Source of the DNA: Octopus vulgaris
Taxonomy: Eukaryota
DNA: 64,000 nucleotides
Reading direction: 5' to 3'
Assembly: GCA_951406725.2 (NCBI GenBank)
Contig: OX597823.1
Location: 1,860,001 to 1,924,000 of the forward strand
The notes below the pieces were generated by a model. The model did no database searches and was not told the origin of the DNA. It saw nothing but the letters and a program-made list of their open reading frames with translations. Below are positions 12,095 through 25,278 of the stretch, piece after piece. The position numbers were made by a program, and so were the translations under genes. The number at the start of each line of letters is the position of its first letter. Positions within the stretch are counted from its first letter, which is position 1.

Positions 12095-12126
<32 letters not shown>

Positions 12127-12140
12127 ACTACTACTACTAC

Positions 12141-12185
<45 letters not shown>
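11922..12185. repeat. (ACT/ACA)n-(GCT)n-(AAT)n compound microsatellite
   Basis: Directly visible. Confidence 0.95.
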
Positions 12186-12187
<2 letters not shown>

Positions 12188-12269
12188 TGACAGGGAAGGC
12201 AGGAAAAGGTAGTGGGTGAAAAGGGAAGGCAAAAAAACTTTGACTTCTAGACAGACGAGATGTTAGAGC

Positions 12270-12670
12270 ACTGAAAGCCGGATATAGTAATCTTTAAGAG
12301 GGACAAACAAGAGTGTCTAATAATCTATGTGGCAGTGCTTGGAGATCAACATTACATCAGGAAAGAAAGAGAAAAGGTTGATAAATATGGAGACCTGAGA
12401 ATTGAGATCGCTAAGATGTGGCAGCTACGAGAAAAAAACATAAAGGTTATCCTTGTTGTCATCGGAACATTGGGTTCAATGCCAGCCAATCAGAAAAAAA
12501 CACCTGAAACCCTTAGAAATACCCTACAATCAAGATGTATTGCAAACGTCGGCATTACTTGGAACTGCACGCATATTGCGTAAAGTACTGTCTGTCTGAG
12601 GTCCTTGTTGTGACTTGACAAACAGTACAAAACCCCGGTAGACACAATATTTTCAATCAAAAACATCGCA
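12270..12670 (+). mobile_element. R4/Dong-type RLE LINE 3' fragment
   Basis: KPDIVI..CLII.VAV.GDQH..KEREKVDKYGDLRIEIAKMWQL..VVIGTLGS..ALLGTARILRKVL. Confidence 0.8.
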
Positions 12671-12699
12671 ATATTGGTTACTGGGCGACATCTTGAATG

Positions 12700-13230
12700 G
12701 CTACAAAGAGCAAAGACGTGGTATGAGCAAACTCCAGAAGGAGTCACCGAGAATGAAAATTGCAAAATCTTGTGGGATACAATGACCCAGTGCGATCACC
12801 TGACCAGAGATCGTAAACTGGGCATTGTTGTGGTGAAAAAAAGAAAGAAAGAACATGCATGATAATTGACATGGCATGCCTCGGTGACAACAGGATCAAA
12901 GAGAAAGACGAAGAAAAACTGAACAACTACAACGATTCGAAATAGGAAAGTTGTGGTCAACGAGGAGAGTAGACATGATACCAATAGTAATTGGTGCACT
13001 TGGAAGTATCAACACTCAGCTACCAACATGGCAGAAAAAGATTGGCGCAAGTGTGAAGGTAGAACACCCCTACAAGAATCAGCATTGCTTGGAACTGCAA
13101 GAATTATTTGCAAAATTCTTGAAGCATGACCAGTAAACAAATGTCACCTTAGTCTGCTGGCTGTGGACAGCTGACACTCTCCATCATACCCAGCAAAATA
13201 AGCTGTGAGTTTTCATCACATAATAATAAT
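12700..13230 (+). mobile_element. Second R4/Dong-type RLE LINE 3' fragment ending in (TAA)n
   Basis: WYEQTPEGVTENENCKILWD..IIDMACLGDNRIKEKDEEK..IPIVIGALGS..ALLGTARII. Confidence 0.8.
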
Positions 13231-13679
13231 GATGATGGTTTCATTTATTTCTCACCAGGGTATAGGATGAGGAGGACAAAACAAAGTCAGACACAAAATG
13301 TTGGGGTTCACATAAAGTGAAATGATAGAATAAATGAATAAATAACAAAAAAAACGTAAGTATACACGGTATAAAATGAAAAGGGGAAAATACTTAGTAA
13401 AGAAAGGTTAAAAAAATAATAATAAAATATTTTTAAAAATAATAAAAATAAAAATGAAAGAGAGGATGATAGAGATTTAGTCCTCCTGATATGACCTCTA
13501 GGGATAATCGAGGACTCCCACTGTCCAAGATCTCCCTGAATACCTAGGGCAACTGCCCTCGCCAATTCCCTTTCTCCGACTCACAGCTCTACACTTAGAG
13601 ACGTACCTTATACTCTTGCCCTTTTCGCATAACAATAATAATAATAATGAATATAATAATAATAATAATCTTTTCTACT

Positions 13680-13869
13680 CTAGGCCTTGTGGGAGGGCCT
13701 GTCGATTAGATCGACTCCAGTACGCAACTGGTACTTAATTTATTGACCCCCGAAAGGATGAAAGGCAAAGTCGGCTTCGGCGGAATTTGAACTCAGAACG
13801 TGAAGATGGACAAAATGCTGCTAAGCATTTTGCCCAACGTGCTAACAATTCTGCCAGCTCGCCGTCTTC

Positions 13870-13870
<1 letters not shown>
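13680..13870 (-). mobile_element. SINE family A
   Basis: Core motif in reverse orientation, embedded in (TAA)n. Confidence 0.85.
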
Positions 13871-13921
<51 letters not shown>

Positions 13922-13978
13922 GCAATAATAATAATGACGATGATGATAATGATAATGGCATGCACTGCTCTCTCACTC

Positions 13979-14028
<50 letters not shown>

Positions 14029-14266
14029 GTGCACGCAGAGAAGGCAAACCTCTGCCAAGGCAATACCAACGTCCTCTCAGCAATTAACCAGAAACGATTT
14101 TTAAAACGAGAATATCTGAAATAAATTCGACTGCTTCCACAAGCGAGAATATTAAGAACGAACCCCGACCGTTCTCAAAAATTAAGTTTGAAAAATGGAA
14201 AAATAATCCAAAATCCTTATCCAGTACCTGATCGATCCCAATGGTAGCCATGGAATATGATGGTGA

Positions 14267-14305
<39 letters not shown>

Positions 14306-14459
14306 TGTATGACATCTGCAGTGGGAACGGACAGTTTTCTCTATGAAGGCCTTTTTTTAGTCTTTCCACTGATATAGTATCTTTACAACCATTAAGGTCT
14401 ATAGTGAAAAATTTATCCGTGCGTGAAAAGAAACGGAAAGGACCTGCATACGGCGCTGT

Positions 14460-15045
14460 TAATCAAGAATGGTTTGGAAGAAGACAATAAAACAAATGGT
14501 GACATGACTGATGGACAGGAGGCAATCTACGACAGAATAAAGGCAAGGCTACGGGAGAACGATAGCGACATTATTTGCAACCTTAAAAAAGGTTGATTGG
14601 TGGAAATTGAACCAAGAAACGAAAAATGTGAATGAAATTCTGAAATACATCAGAACAAAAAACATCACAGAAATAAATAATTTGATCAAGGCAGCAAGTA
14701 TTGTTGTAGCAGAAAAAGTGGTGTCGATGTCAAGAAAAAGAAGCATAATGGAAGTGACAAAAGAAAAGATCCATGGTGGAAAAGAAGAATAGAGGCGAGG
14801 TTAGACATGCTTTCGAATGACATTTCTGAGTTAGGCTGAAATGAGAACGGGGAGCTTAAAAGCGAACAAAAATACAGGGCGCTGAAAAGGAAGTATAATA
14901 TTGAAAGAAAGGGCCTGAAAGTGGTAATGGAGGAACTGAAACAGCGCCTCATTGCAAAGAAAGCAAAGATGGTAAGATACGACTAAAGAATGAAGGGTTA
15001 CCAGCAGAATAGTTAATTCAGAGTAGATCAGGATACAGACAGATT
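14460..15045 (+). mobile_element. R4/Dong-type ORF fragment (region N-terminal to RT)
   Basis: NITEINNLIKAASIVVAEK..PWWKRRIE..LKRKYNIERKGLKVVMEELKQRLIAK..YQQN.LFRVDQ, with stops and frameshifts. Confidence 0.65.
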
Positions 15046-15048
15046 GTA

Positions 15049-15605
15049 CGAGGGGCGTTCAATAAGTAATGCCCCTGGCCCACTTCCCATAGCAGTAGAG
15101 CAACGAAACTTGGCACAGTTATTAGTCTTTTTCTACATAGGAATCACCCAGAGTTACGCATTTCTCCCATCGTTTAATGCAGCTCTGAAGACCATTTTTG
15201 TAGAAGACCCCATCTTGGTCCTCCAACCACGACGTGACTTCAGAAATCAAGGCTGCATCATCTGGGAAACGCTTTCCTTTCAAAAACAACTTCATGGCTG
15301 GGAAGAGGTGAAAATCAGAGGGTGCAAGGTCAGGAGAGTAGGGGGAATAGGGGATGAGTTCATAGCCGCACGCCTGTGTTTCTGATCTGGCGACACACGA
15401 GTTGTGGATCGGAGCGTTGTCCTGCAGGAGGAGGATGCCTTTGCTGATCTTGCCCTGCCTCTTGATTTTGATAGCTTCTCTTAATTTCCTCAAAAGTGAA
15501 GCATAATAGACTCCTGTAATTGTGACACCCTTTGCCAGGAAATCTGTCATCACTACTCCGTCCTGGTCCCAGAAGACTGAGCCTGACCTTGTCAGCGGAG
15601 GGCTG
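15049..15605 (-). mobile_element. mariner transposon 3' half with TIR
   Basis: TA then CGAGGGGCGTTCAATAAGTAATG TIR. LLQDNAPIH..YSPDLAPSDFHLF (DD34D). Confidence 0.92.
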
Positions 15606-16389
15606 AAATTTTGCATGTGCAATTATTTCTATCTCTATAGATTAAGTGGCAAATTACAGCTCTGAATTAATTGTGGTTTCTGATTTACAGGTGTTTGAAC
15701 TAAATCAAGTGTGAAATGGAGCCTGTTGAGTGTCGAGCAGTGATCCGGTTTTTGTATTTGAAAGGACGCACACCACAGGAGACTTTTGATGAAATGAAAG
15801 TAACTTATGGTGATGATGCCCCATCATATGACCTTGTAAAACGCTGGCATCGTGAATTCAAACATGGTCGGAACTCTGTGGAAACAGCTCCCAGATCTGG
15901 ACGCCCCTTTTGCCATTGATGAGGCATCTGTCCGTCAAGTTGAGGCTGCCATTTTGGAAGATCGACGCATAACTATTCGCCAAATAGCCCATGAGGTCAA
16001 GATTAGTACCGGGTCTGTGGAAATTATCATTCATGACCATTTGGATATGCAAAAGGTGTCTGCCAGATGGATTCCCAGGTTGCTCACACCTTTCCAGAAG
16101 CAAGAACGCGTCGAGTGCTCGAGGATGAATTTGGAGATGTGCCAAGAAGATGAGTCAAAATTTTTCAAAAGACTGATTACACAGGATGAAACCTGGGTCC
16201 ATCACTATGATCCAGAGTCCAAAGCCCAGTCAATGCAGTGGAAGCACCGTGACTCACCTCCTCCAAAGAAGGCAAGGGTGCAGCCCTCCGCTGACAAGGT
16301 CAGGCTCACAGTCTTCTGGGACCAGGACGGAGTAGTGATGACAGATTTCCTGGCAAAGGGTGTCACAATTACAGGAGTCTATTATGCTT
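15606..16389 (+). mobile_element. mariner transposon 5' half (frameshifted transposase, probably irritans-like)
   Basis: MEPVECRAVIRFL..RSGRP, WIPRLLT, ITQDETWVHHYDPE. Frameshift at about 15910. Confidence 0.92.
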
Positions 16390-16599
16390 GTTGGCTTGCA
16401 GCTTTGGTTTCGACGCTGGTTGCAGCGTTTTCGAGATTGGCTGCCTCGAAGCTACTCAGATTCATCCCCACAAACTTTTGAGATTTAGGGGTTACGTATG
16501 TATTTTCTCTCCTCCTTTTCCTTTTTGAAGGTCTCTCGCCGATCACCCACTCGGGTGGTTTTGTCTCATCTGGGAACCTTAGCAGCAATCTGCTGCCCC

Positions 16600-17530
16600 T
16601 GTCAATAAACGGGAAGCATTCCCAGTCGTGTGAGTCGGGGAGTGGAAACGCTGCTGAGAAAGGATCCGAAAAAGGAGGATGTGATTGGAGGCTTCGGGCC
16701 GATAACTCTCCTCATCACCGAGTTAAAGATTTTAGCTAAGGAACTCGTCAAGAGGCTGCCTCTTGTTGTCGGTAGTATCGTCCGGGATGCGCAAACCTGT
16801 GCGATCCCCGGTAGATCTATCCATGACAATCTCCACCTCATGCGATACATCGTACAACGGGTGGGGAATAGATCGGGTTTTGGAGGGGCACTGGTCAATT
16901 TGGACCAGTCCAAAGCTTTTGACAGGATGGATCATCGCTATCTGGTTTCTGTTGGTTTCGGTCCCGTCTTCAGAAGTTGGATCACCACAATATATAATGG
17001 AATCTGCTCGGTTGTCAAATTGAAAGGTTACCTCTCGGAACCTTTCAGTATTGAACGCTCGGTATGCCAAGGATGCCCTCTCGCACCACTTTTATATATT
17101 TTAGCTTTAGAACCCTTGCTGCGAAGGATGGAGAATTTGAGGTATATCCCGCTAGAACTAGGTCACAGGAGGGCTGTGTCTGCATACGCGGACGACGTCA
17201 CTGTCATGGTATCAGACTCTTCGGACATAGAAAAGATCGACATTTTACTGAAAGAATATCAGGAATGCACAGGGGCACTTATAAGCGAAGACAAGTCAGA
17301 AGGTCTGCAACAAGGCTCTTGGAGAGGCAAGTCGACTAGCAGCGATTTCTGTCGCTGGATGCAGGGTCCAGTGAAAGTGATCGGAGTCTGGTTCGGACCA
17401 GATCCTCCAGGTAGATAAGAATTGGGAAGAGGTCATGACTAGGGTGGCCAAGCTCACCCAGAAATGAGCAGAAAGGAAGCCGTCGCTGAAAGGCCGGGCA
17501 GAAGTAGCGAATGCTTATATCACCTCGGTA
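16600..17530 (+). mobile_element. Tx1/L1-clade reverse transcriptase fragment
   Basis: PITLL..ELKILAK, QTCAIPGRSIHDNL, LDQSKAFDR, QGCPLAPLLY, AYADDV. Confidence 0.9.
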
Positions 17531-18361
17531 GCAACAGCAACAACAAGAGATAAACCAACTACAACAACATCAAGGAATGAAAGAACATTCTCAGCAACAG
17601 AAGCAGACTCAACAAGATCTGCGACAGGGAAAGGCGAAGCAAAAAGAAGCAAAACGACAACAAGAGACGGAACATGCTGAACAACATCTCCCGGACGAGC
17701 CTCTGGATCACTACGCAGTTCCACGGAAGGACAACAGGGAATTAACGGAATTTGTAGACACAAAGACAAAACTTTGACCAACAGGCGAGGGTCTTGAATG
17801 TTTTCACCATCGCCAATGATGATGATGATGATGATAACTGAAACAGGTTTAAAAATAAAAACATGACACGGTATACGTGCGACAGGATACGAACTCACAA
17901 CATCTCGTTTCGCATCAGATAACATGTTGTCATCTCATTTAGTGCAGATTCAGTCTTCATCTTTTCTATTCCAGTTTATCCCTTTTTCTATACGGGGAGA
18001 GAAACGAGGCGGATATACGAGTGTATATATATGTATTGGCACACGCACCTACTTTCTATGTGTATATATATATGCCTTTGTGAGCCTGTATGTACGTTTG
18101 AATTATTTTGGCTCAGGGTGCACTGTGTGTGTGTGTACGTGCGTGTGTGTGTGTGTGTGCGTGTGTGTGTGCGTGTGTGTTTGTGTGTGTGTGCGCGTGT
18201 GCGCGTGTGTCTTCGCGCGTGTTGCGACGCCTCCATCTCTCAATTTTTGACAGTTATTTCAATATGCTTGTCTCTTTTGTTTTATCTAAAATGTGATTAT
18301 ATGTGTGTATGTGTATGTGTGTGTGTGTGTTTATGCGTGTATATGTCTGTATATGTTGGGG

Positions 18362-18403
<42 letters not shown>

Positions 18404-18413
18404 CATACATACA

Positions 18414-18445
<32 letters not shown>

Positions 18446-18446
18446 A

Positions 18447-18507
<61 letters not shown>

Positions 18508-18525
18508 AATATATAAAAAATATAT

Positions 18526-18560
<35 letters not shown>

Positions 18561-18785
18561 CGATATATATTCCCACACAGACACATACACACGCACACAT
18601 ATATATACACACATACACACACACACATACATGCACATATATAGAGGCATATATATGCACACACATACATACGTACAAATATATATACACATGCACACAC
18701 ATACGCACAACATACTTTCACCACATCAGACCATATTATTCTATAATTCTTCATTTCCCCACTGCTCCCACTGGGTATCCTTTGT

Positions 18786-18837
<52 letters not shown>

Positions 18838-19269
18838 TATTGTCTATTATAAAGGTTATTCCCCATCGTAGCCTCATCCTGCTCCCCAACCATGCCACAG
18901 CACCTACCAATTCCATTCCTCTCCTCCCACTCTCCTCCTCCTCCTACAACCTTTTGCCGCCACATATCGCTGCTGACATCTGAAATCCTATTTCATTAAC
19001 CACAAGACATTTGCTAACACCAAATGATCCGATTAAATACATCAGATTACTGTGAGTATGCATATGTCTATATATATAAATGTGAGCATAGATCTCTGTG
19101 CATATGAATGTGTGTGTGTGTGTGTGTCCTCCTTTGTCTGTATAAACTTATTTTTATTGAATACACATGAACATAAAATATAAATTTTTTTACACACAAA
19201 TAATGATGAATTCGTCAACAGCACCAAAAAGAGGGACGGGGCTTGAAATTCGTTCGTTTATAAACTTTG

Positions 19270-19350
<81 letters not shown>

Positions 19351-19374
19351 ATGAGGTTACCCAGAGTTTCGCTT

Positions 19375-19442
19375 TCATCGGGTCTGACGAGACGTATGTA
19401 AAGCCAAATGCTTTATGGATGCGAAACCCTGGGTAACCATGA
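19375..19442 (+). ncRNA. Type I hammerhead ribozyme motif
   Basis: TCAT(CG)GGT-CTGACGA-[long stem II incl. GTAAAGC/GCTTTAT]-GAAA-CCC(T)GGG-TA-ACC-ATGA. Predicted GUA cleavage after 19435. Confidence 0.7.
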
Positions 19443-19527
19443 ACTGGCCGTAACTATCTTTATGTAAGAACTCGACTGCTCCATAACTCGGAGTGTGCAT
19501 TTCTTTCGGATTTATGATTTCTTTACG

Positions 19528-19620
<93 letters not shown>

Positions 19621-19952
19621 AACATACATATATAGATCGCTAGCCACTAAACCTTTTTCTATTTTCTTTCCCTACTTATTTTTGTGTTCCTTTCTATCGA
19701 AGTGCGTCGGCTCGAAACGTAAAAAGGCTTTCTCACTTCCCGAGCGTTAAACTAATACATCTGTATGTTGCTTATGCACCCGTCTTTCTCTTTTGTTTTC
19801 TGTAAATTCTCACTATATATATATATATATATATGAGTATGCATTGTCTGGAGACTTTTATTTGCAGTTGAAGAAATAGCCAAAATTTTTGGCTGCTATT
19901 TCTGAAAAGTTCGGTGTGTGGTAAAGTGAATTCTTTTACTTTACCATATTTT

Positions 19953-19995
<43 letters not shown>

Positions 19996-20003
19996 TTTTT
20001 ACT

Positions 20004-20070
<67 letters not shown>

Positions 20071-20111
20071 TACATACATATATATATACAAATATACATA
20101 TATATACATAC

Positions 20112-20154
<43 letters not shown>

Positions 20155-20161
20155 CATATAT

Positions 20162-20214
<53 letters not shown>

Positions 20215-20227
20215 ATTATATAGAAGG

Positions 20228-20278
20228 AGCTTCTACAGGACTAGTACTGTTTCATTCAAGAGAAATCTTCAGGAAGCT
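20228..20278 (-). ncRNA. Type I hammerhead ribozyme motif
   Basis: AGCTTC-CTGAAGA-TTTC(TCTT)GAAT-GAAA-CAG(TACTAGTC)CTG-TA-GAAGCT: 6-bp stem I, 4-bp stem III, GUA triplet. First pair of stem II is mismatched. Confidence 0.75.
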
Positions 20279-20604
20279 ATTTAACAAGAATTGTATTAGC
20301 ATTTATACATTTAGGCAGGTTTAAAGGAGTGGTGGTGGGGGACTTTTTGGGGGTAGGCATAGCGCAAAATATCATACTTGGGGGAGTGGTCAAGGAGTCA
20401 GTGGTAAGTTAGATGAAAGAATAGATAAATAAAAAAATAAAAAAATAAAAAAATAAAAAAATAAAAAAATAAAAAAATAAAAAAATAAAAAAATATATAT
20501 AAAAAATATATATATAAAAAAAGGGGGGATAGAGTTATAGGTAAATAAGGAGATTCTCACTTATACCTATACACACATGTATACGTATCTACACACACAT
20601 ATAT

Positions 20605-20657
<53 letters not shown>

Positions 20658-20952
20658 CACACATACATACATATCTACATACACACATACATACACCCGC
20701 CCACATATACAAATTTATACACATGCACATGCCTATACCTGTCTACACATACACACACGTATATATGCATACACTCACTCCCATGCATGCACGCATACAC
20801 ACATGTATATATATATATACCCACGACCACACATACATATATACACAGAAAAATATATATTCATACGCACATACACTCATGCACACACAACACACCTAGT
20901 TCCCTATATACACATATTTACACCTATATATACATACACCCACATACACATA

Positions 20953-20990
<38 letters not shown>

Positions 20991-21091
20991 CACGCATACA
21001 TATATATACATGTGTGCACATACATACATATACACATATACATACACATACACATACACATGTGTACCTATACATACCTACACATACACAC

Positions 21092-21138
<47 letters not shown>

Positions 21139-21529
21139 CCAATACAGGCCCATTCCCTAATTTTAATTTTATTATCTTCATTTATTACTTTTGTTATCTT
21201 TGATCGCTAGAGCTAAGGATCCTGGCTATGGCAGCATGTCCATTTGTCTGTCTACTAGAAGGCAAGTACTCATTTCCGCACGCACACTCATTAGCACGTA
21301 CATTCACCCATTCGTACACTCATACACATACACGTACGCACGCGTTATATTCATACATACAAACATCTACATACGTTCACGTATATACACATACGTACTC
21401 GTACCTACAGATTCGTGTCTACACTTTAGGAGGCTAGTCTATACATATACACCAATAAATATACATATATATATATATATACACATATACATACACACAC
21501 ACACATATACTCCTACATACAGATACATA

Positions 21530-21565
<36 letters not shown>

Positions 21566-21737
21566 CATACACATACACACATATATATACACACACATAC
21601 ATACACATATATATACATACACAAACATATATACACACATATATATACATACACACATACACACATACATACGTATACATACATACATACATCCATACAT
21701 CCATACTTACATGCATTTATACGCATACACACACCCA

Positions 21738-21772
<35 letters not shown>

Positions 21773-22049
21773 TCACACATACATATACAAATATACGCAC
21801 ACACATACATACATACACGTATACACATACACGCACATACACATATACATGCGTACCCATACACGTGCACACACGCACGCGCATCCATATATATACACAC
21901 ACACACATATATATACACGTGTGCAAGCATACATACATACTCATACGCGCACACATACTTACATATACATATATGCACACACTTACACACATATATATAC
22001 ATACACATATACATGCATACATACATATATGCATACATACACACACGCA

Positions 22050-22103
<54 letters not shown>

Positions 22104-22405
22104 CATATACATACACATATACATATACATACACATACACATACATACATATATATACACATATATACACATATACACATACATATATACACATATACAT
22201 ACATATACATACACACACACATACATATATACATATACACTGATACACATACCCATACATATATATATATACACACACACACATATACACATGCATATAC
22301 TTATATCTCTACATACTCACATATATAAACATATATACATATACACACATATATATATACATGTACATACACATACGTATACATATATATATATATATAT
22401 ATACC

Positions 22406-22443
<38 letters not shown>

Positions 22444-23082
22444 TACATATACACATATACATGTATACATACGCAATAATGATACACATATATACACATA
22501 CACACACACAGACAGATGCATATACATACATATATATATAAATTACATATCTATATAAATACATACATAATACACATATACACACACATATATATATATA
22601 CATGCATATACATATACAAGTATACATACACATACATACACACACACGCGCACACATACATATACACACACACATATACAAATACATACATACACACATA
22701 CACACACACACATATATACATACATGTACACATATACATATATATATATCAACAAGGGAGGGTAAAGTTAATTAGTTATTAATCAATTTCATCAAGTGTT
22801 CAGTATGTAAAGGGGCCATTATTATTTTGAGTAAACAATGTTAGAGGGAAAAAATTCTCTAAGTAGTGGAAGAGGCTAAAAAACTTTATTGGCTGCTATT
22901 TCTAGAAAGTTAAGTATGTGGCAAAGTAATTTATTTTATTTTACTAAGCCCTAATTATATAATATTTTATACATACATACACATACATAAACACATACAT
23001 TTACACATACATATGCATATACATATATACACATATACATACAAACACATATACACATATACACACACACACACATACAAGC

Positions 23083-23121
<39 letters not shown>

Positions 23122-23835
23122 AATATATATACATATATATATTTTTACATGCATACATACACACACACACACATAATACATGCGTATATTCCTACTGTAC
23201 CCATGCATTTCTATACATATATACATACATACGATACACATATACAAGCGTGCACATATAATATGTGAAAGGTCTTAGGAGAAAAGGTAATCTGGGGTGC
23301 TAGGGGAACAGTGGGGTTGGGGGGGGGTTTGTAGGGGGGGTGTCATCAATCAGGTTGATATATAATAAAGGGTTATTTGCAACAAGTTGCTTAAACCACA
23401 TACCGAAAATATTAGAAATAGCAGCCAAATAGGTTACCATTACTATTACTACAAAAATAAGTCTCCACAAACAACAGTATTTGTAACCCGTATATAGTAA
23501 AAAGAAGGAAGACAACGAAATCACACAGACTACTTGGATTAATTATGGACGATCGTTTGTGGATTAGAATCGTAAGTTCATTTCCTTATCAACATAATAT
23601 TTCCCATAAATCTAGAAACGCTAGGAAAAAACTCACCAATTATATTATTCGACCAGGCGACATCGAACGATATAACAGTCTGCCAGCATATCCACATTTA
23701 TATAGACAATATATATATATATATAAAGTGAATCCAAACAAAGAAGAACAAACAAGAAAAAACAGTAACGCGAGGACGTGGTACCAGTACTGTGTTATCA
23801 GACGCTCAGGAAAGGGAGGAAAGGAAGGAAAGAGG

Positions 23836-23870
23836 ATTTAACGTTTCGAGCCAAGCTCTTTGTCAGAAAT
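23836..23870 (-). ncRNA. Minimal hammerhead motif with core mutation (CTGACAA)
   Basis: ATTT-CTGACAA-A-GAGC(TTG)GCTC-GAAACGTT-AAAT. Paralog of 10913-10947. Confidence 0.55.
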
Positions 23871-23969
23871 AGAGGTAAGTCCAGGGGAAGGGAAGACGAA
23901 GGAAGAAAACCACCAACGATACACCCGCGGTTAATGTCGGTGTAGGTGTTATTGATGGTGACATATATA

Positions 23970-24014
<45 letters not shown>

Positions 24015-24567
24015 TGGACTCTCCCCTCGTTAGACGACGTATACGGGTTCGTCAGTTTCTTACGGATCAACCACACAGATGATTTGTTTAAAGTGATCAA
24101 ATGTTTGTCTTCACATAAGCTCACTCCCTCCATCAGATCGACATTACCTGTACAGGTGCGACGGGTGTCACATGTCAGATGATGAAATGATTGCAGAGCA
24201 ACGTGAAATGAAGTTCTTTGCTCAAGAACACAACATAACGCCAGGTCTGGGAATGGAACCCACGATCTCGCAATCGTGAATGCAACACCTTAACCACACG
24301 CATAAACACACACACACATAATCACATTTTAGATAAAACAAAAGAGACAAGCACACACACACATGCACACACACACACACATACACATGCACATATATAT
24401 ATATAAGGTTATATGAATAGGCTTTTGAGGGATTGCTTCTGCGTAGGGATGAGTATGTTTTTTTATAGGAAAAACCCACGGGTAGAGTTCCATGGTTATT
24501 TTCCCCGCTGTTTCTTCTTCCTCTGTGGAGAGTCGCTCAAAACTTCTTGAAACGGAGCGGGGTACAC

Positions 24568-25175
24568 CAGAGTAAACACATAAATGTGAAACAAAGTGGG
24601 AGAAAATAGTACTCGAATACCAGGGGTAGAGTAATATGCTTTATCATAATTTGTTTCTTTATTACCCACAAGGGGATAAACATAGAAGGGACAAGCAAGG
24701 ACAGACAAACGGATTAAGTCGATTACATCGACCCCAGTTCGTAACTGGTACTTAAATTATCGACCCCGAAAGGATGGAAGGCAAAGTCGACCTCGGCGGA
24801 ATTTGAACTCAGAAAGTAACGGCAGACGAAATACGGCTACGCATTTCGCCCGGCGTGCTAACCACTCTGCCAGCCCCTCGCCGCCTGCTTTATTATTATT
24901 AAAGCTGCAAAACATCACAAAAACATCACAAAAACTGCTACTCAGAGTTTCACGTTGCTGCTCGTTGGACAGAATAGATTAAGATTAAGACAAGAATTAA
25001 GGATTCTTAATCACAACTGTCCGACAAATGGGAACGTAAGACTCTGAGTAGCAGATTTTTGTGATATTTTTTCTGAAGTTTTTGCAGCTTTAATAACGAT
25101 AAAGCATATTACTCTACCTCCCGTATTCGAGTACTATTTCCTCCCATCTTGTTTCACATTTATGTGCTTACTCTG
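24568..25175. mobile_element. Fold-back element with about 170-bp arms, SINE A inserted at about 24650-24885
   Basis: CAGAGTAAACACATAAATGTGAAACAA..TAGTACTCGAATAC pairs with GTATTCGAGTACTA..TTGTTTCACATTTATGTGCTTACTCTG. Confidence 0.85.

Positions 25176-25278
<103 letters not shown>

Larger units (their letters stand above)
18120..23260. repeat. About 5 kb field of (TA)n/(CA)n/(TACA)n/(GA)n compound microsatellites with embedded repeat fragments
   Basis: Directly visible. Explains the HT/YI/VC ORFs. Confidence 0.95.
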
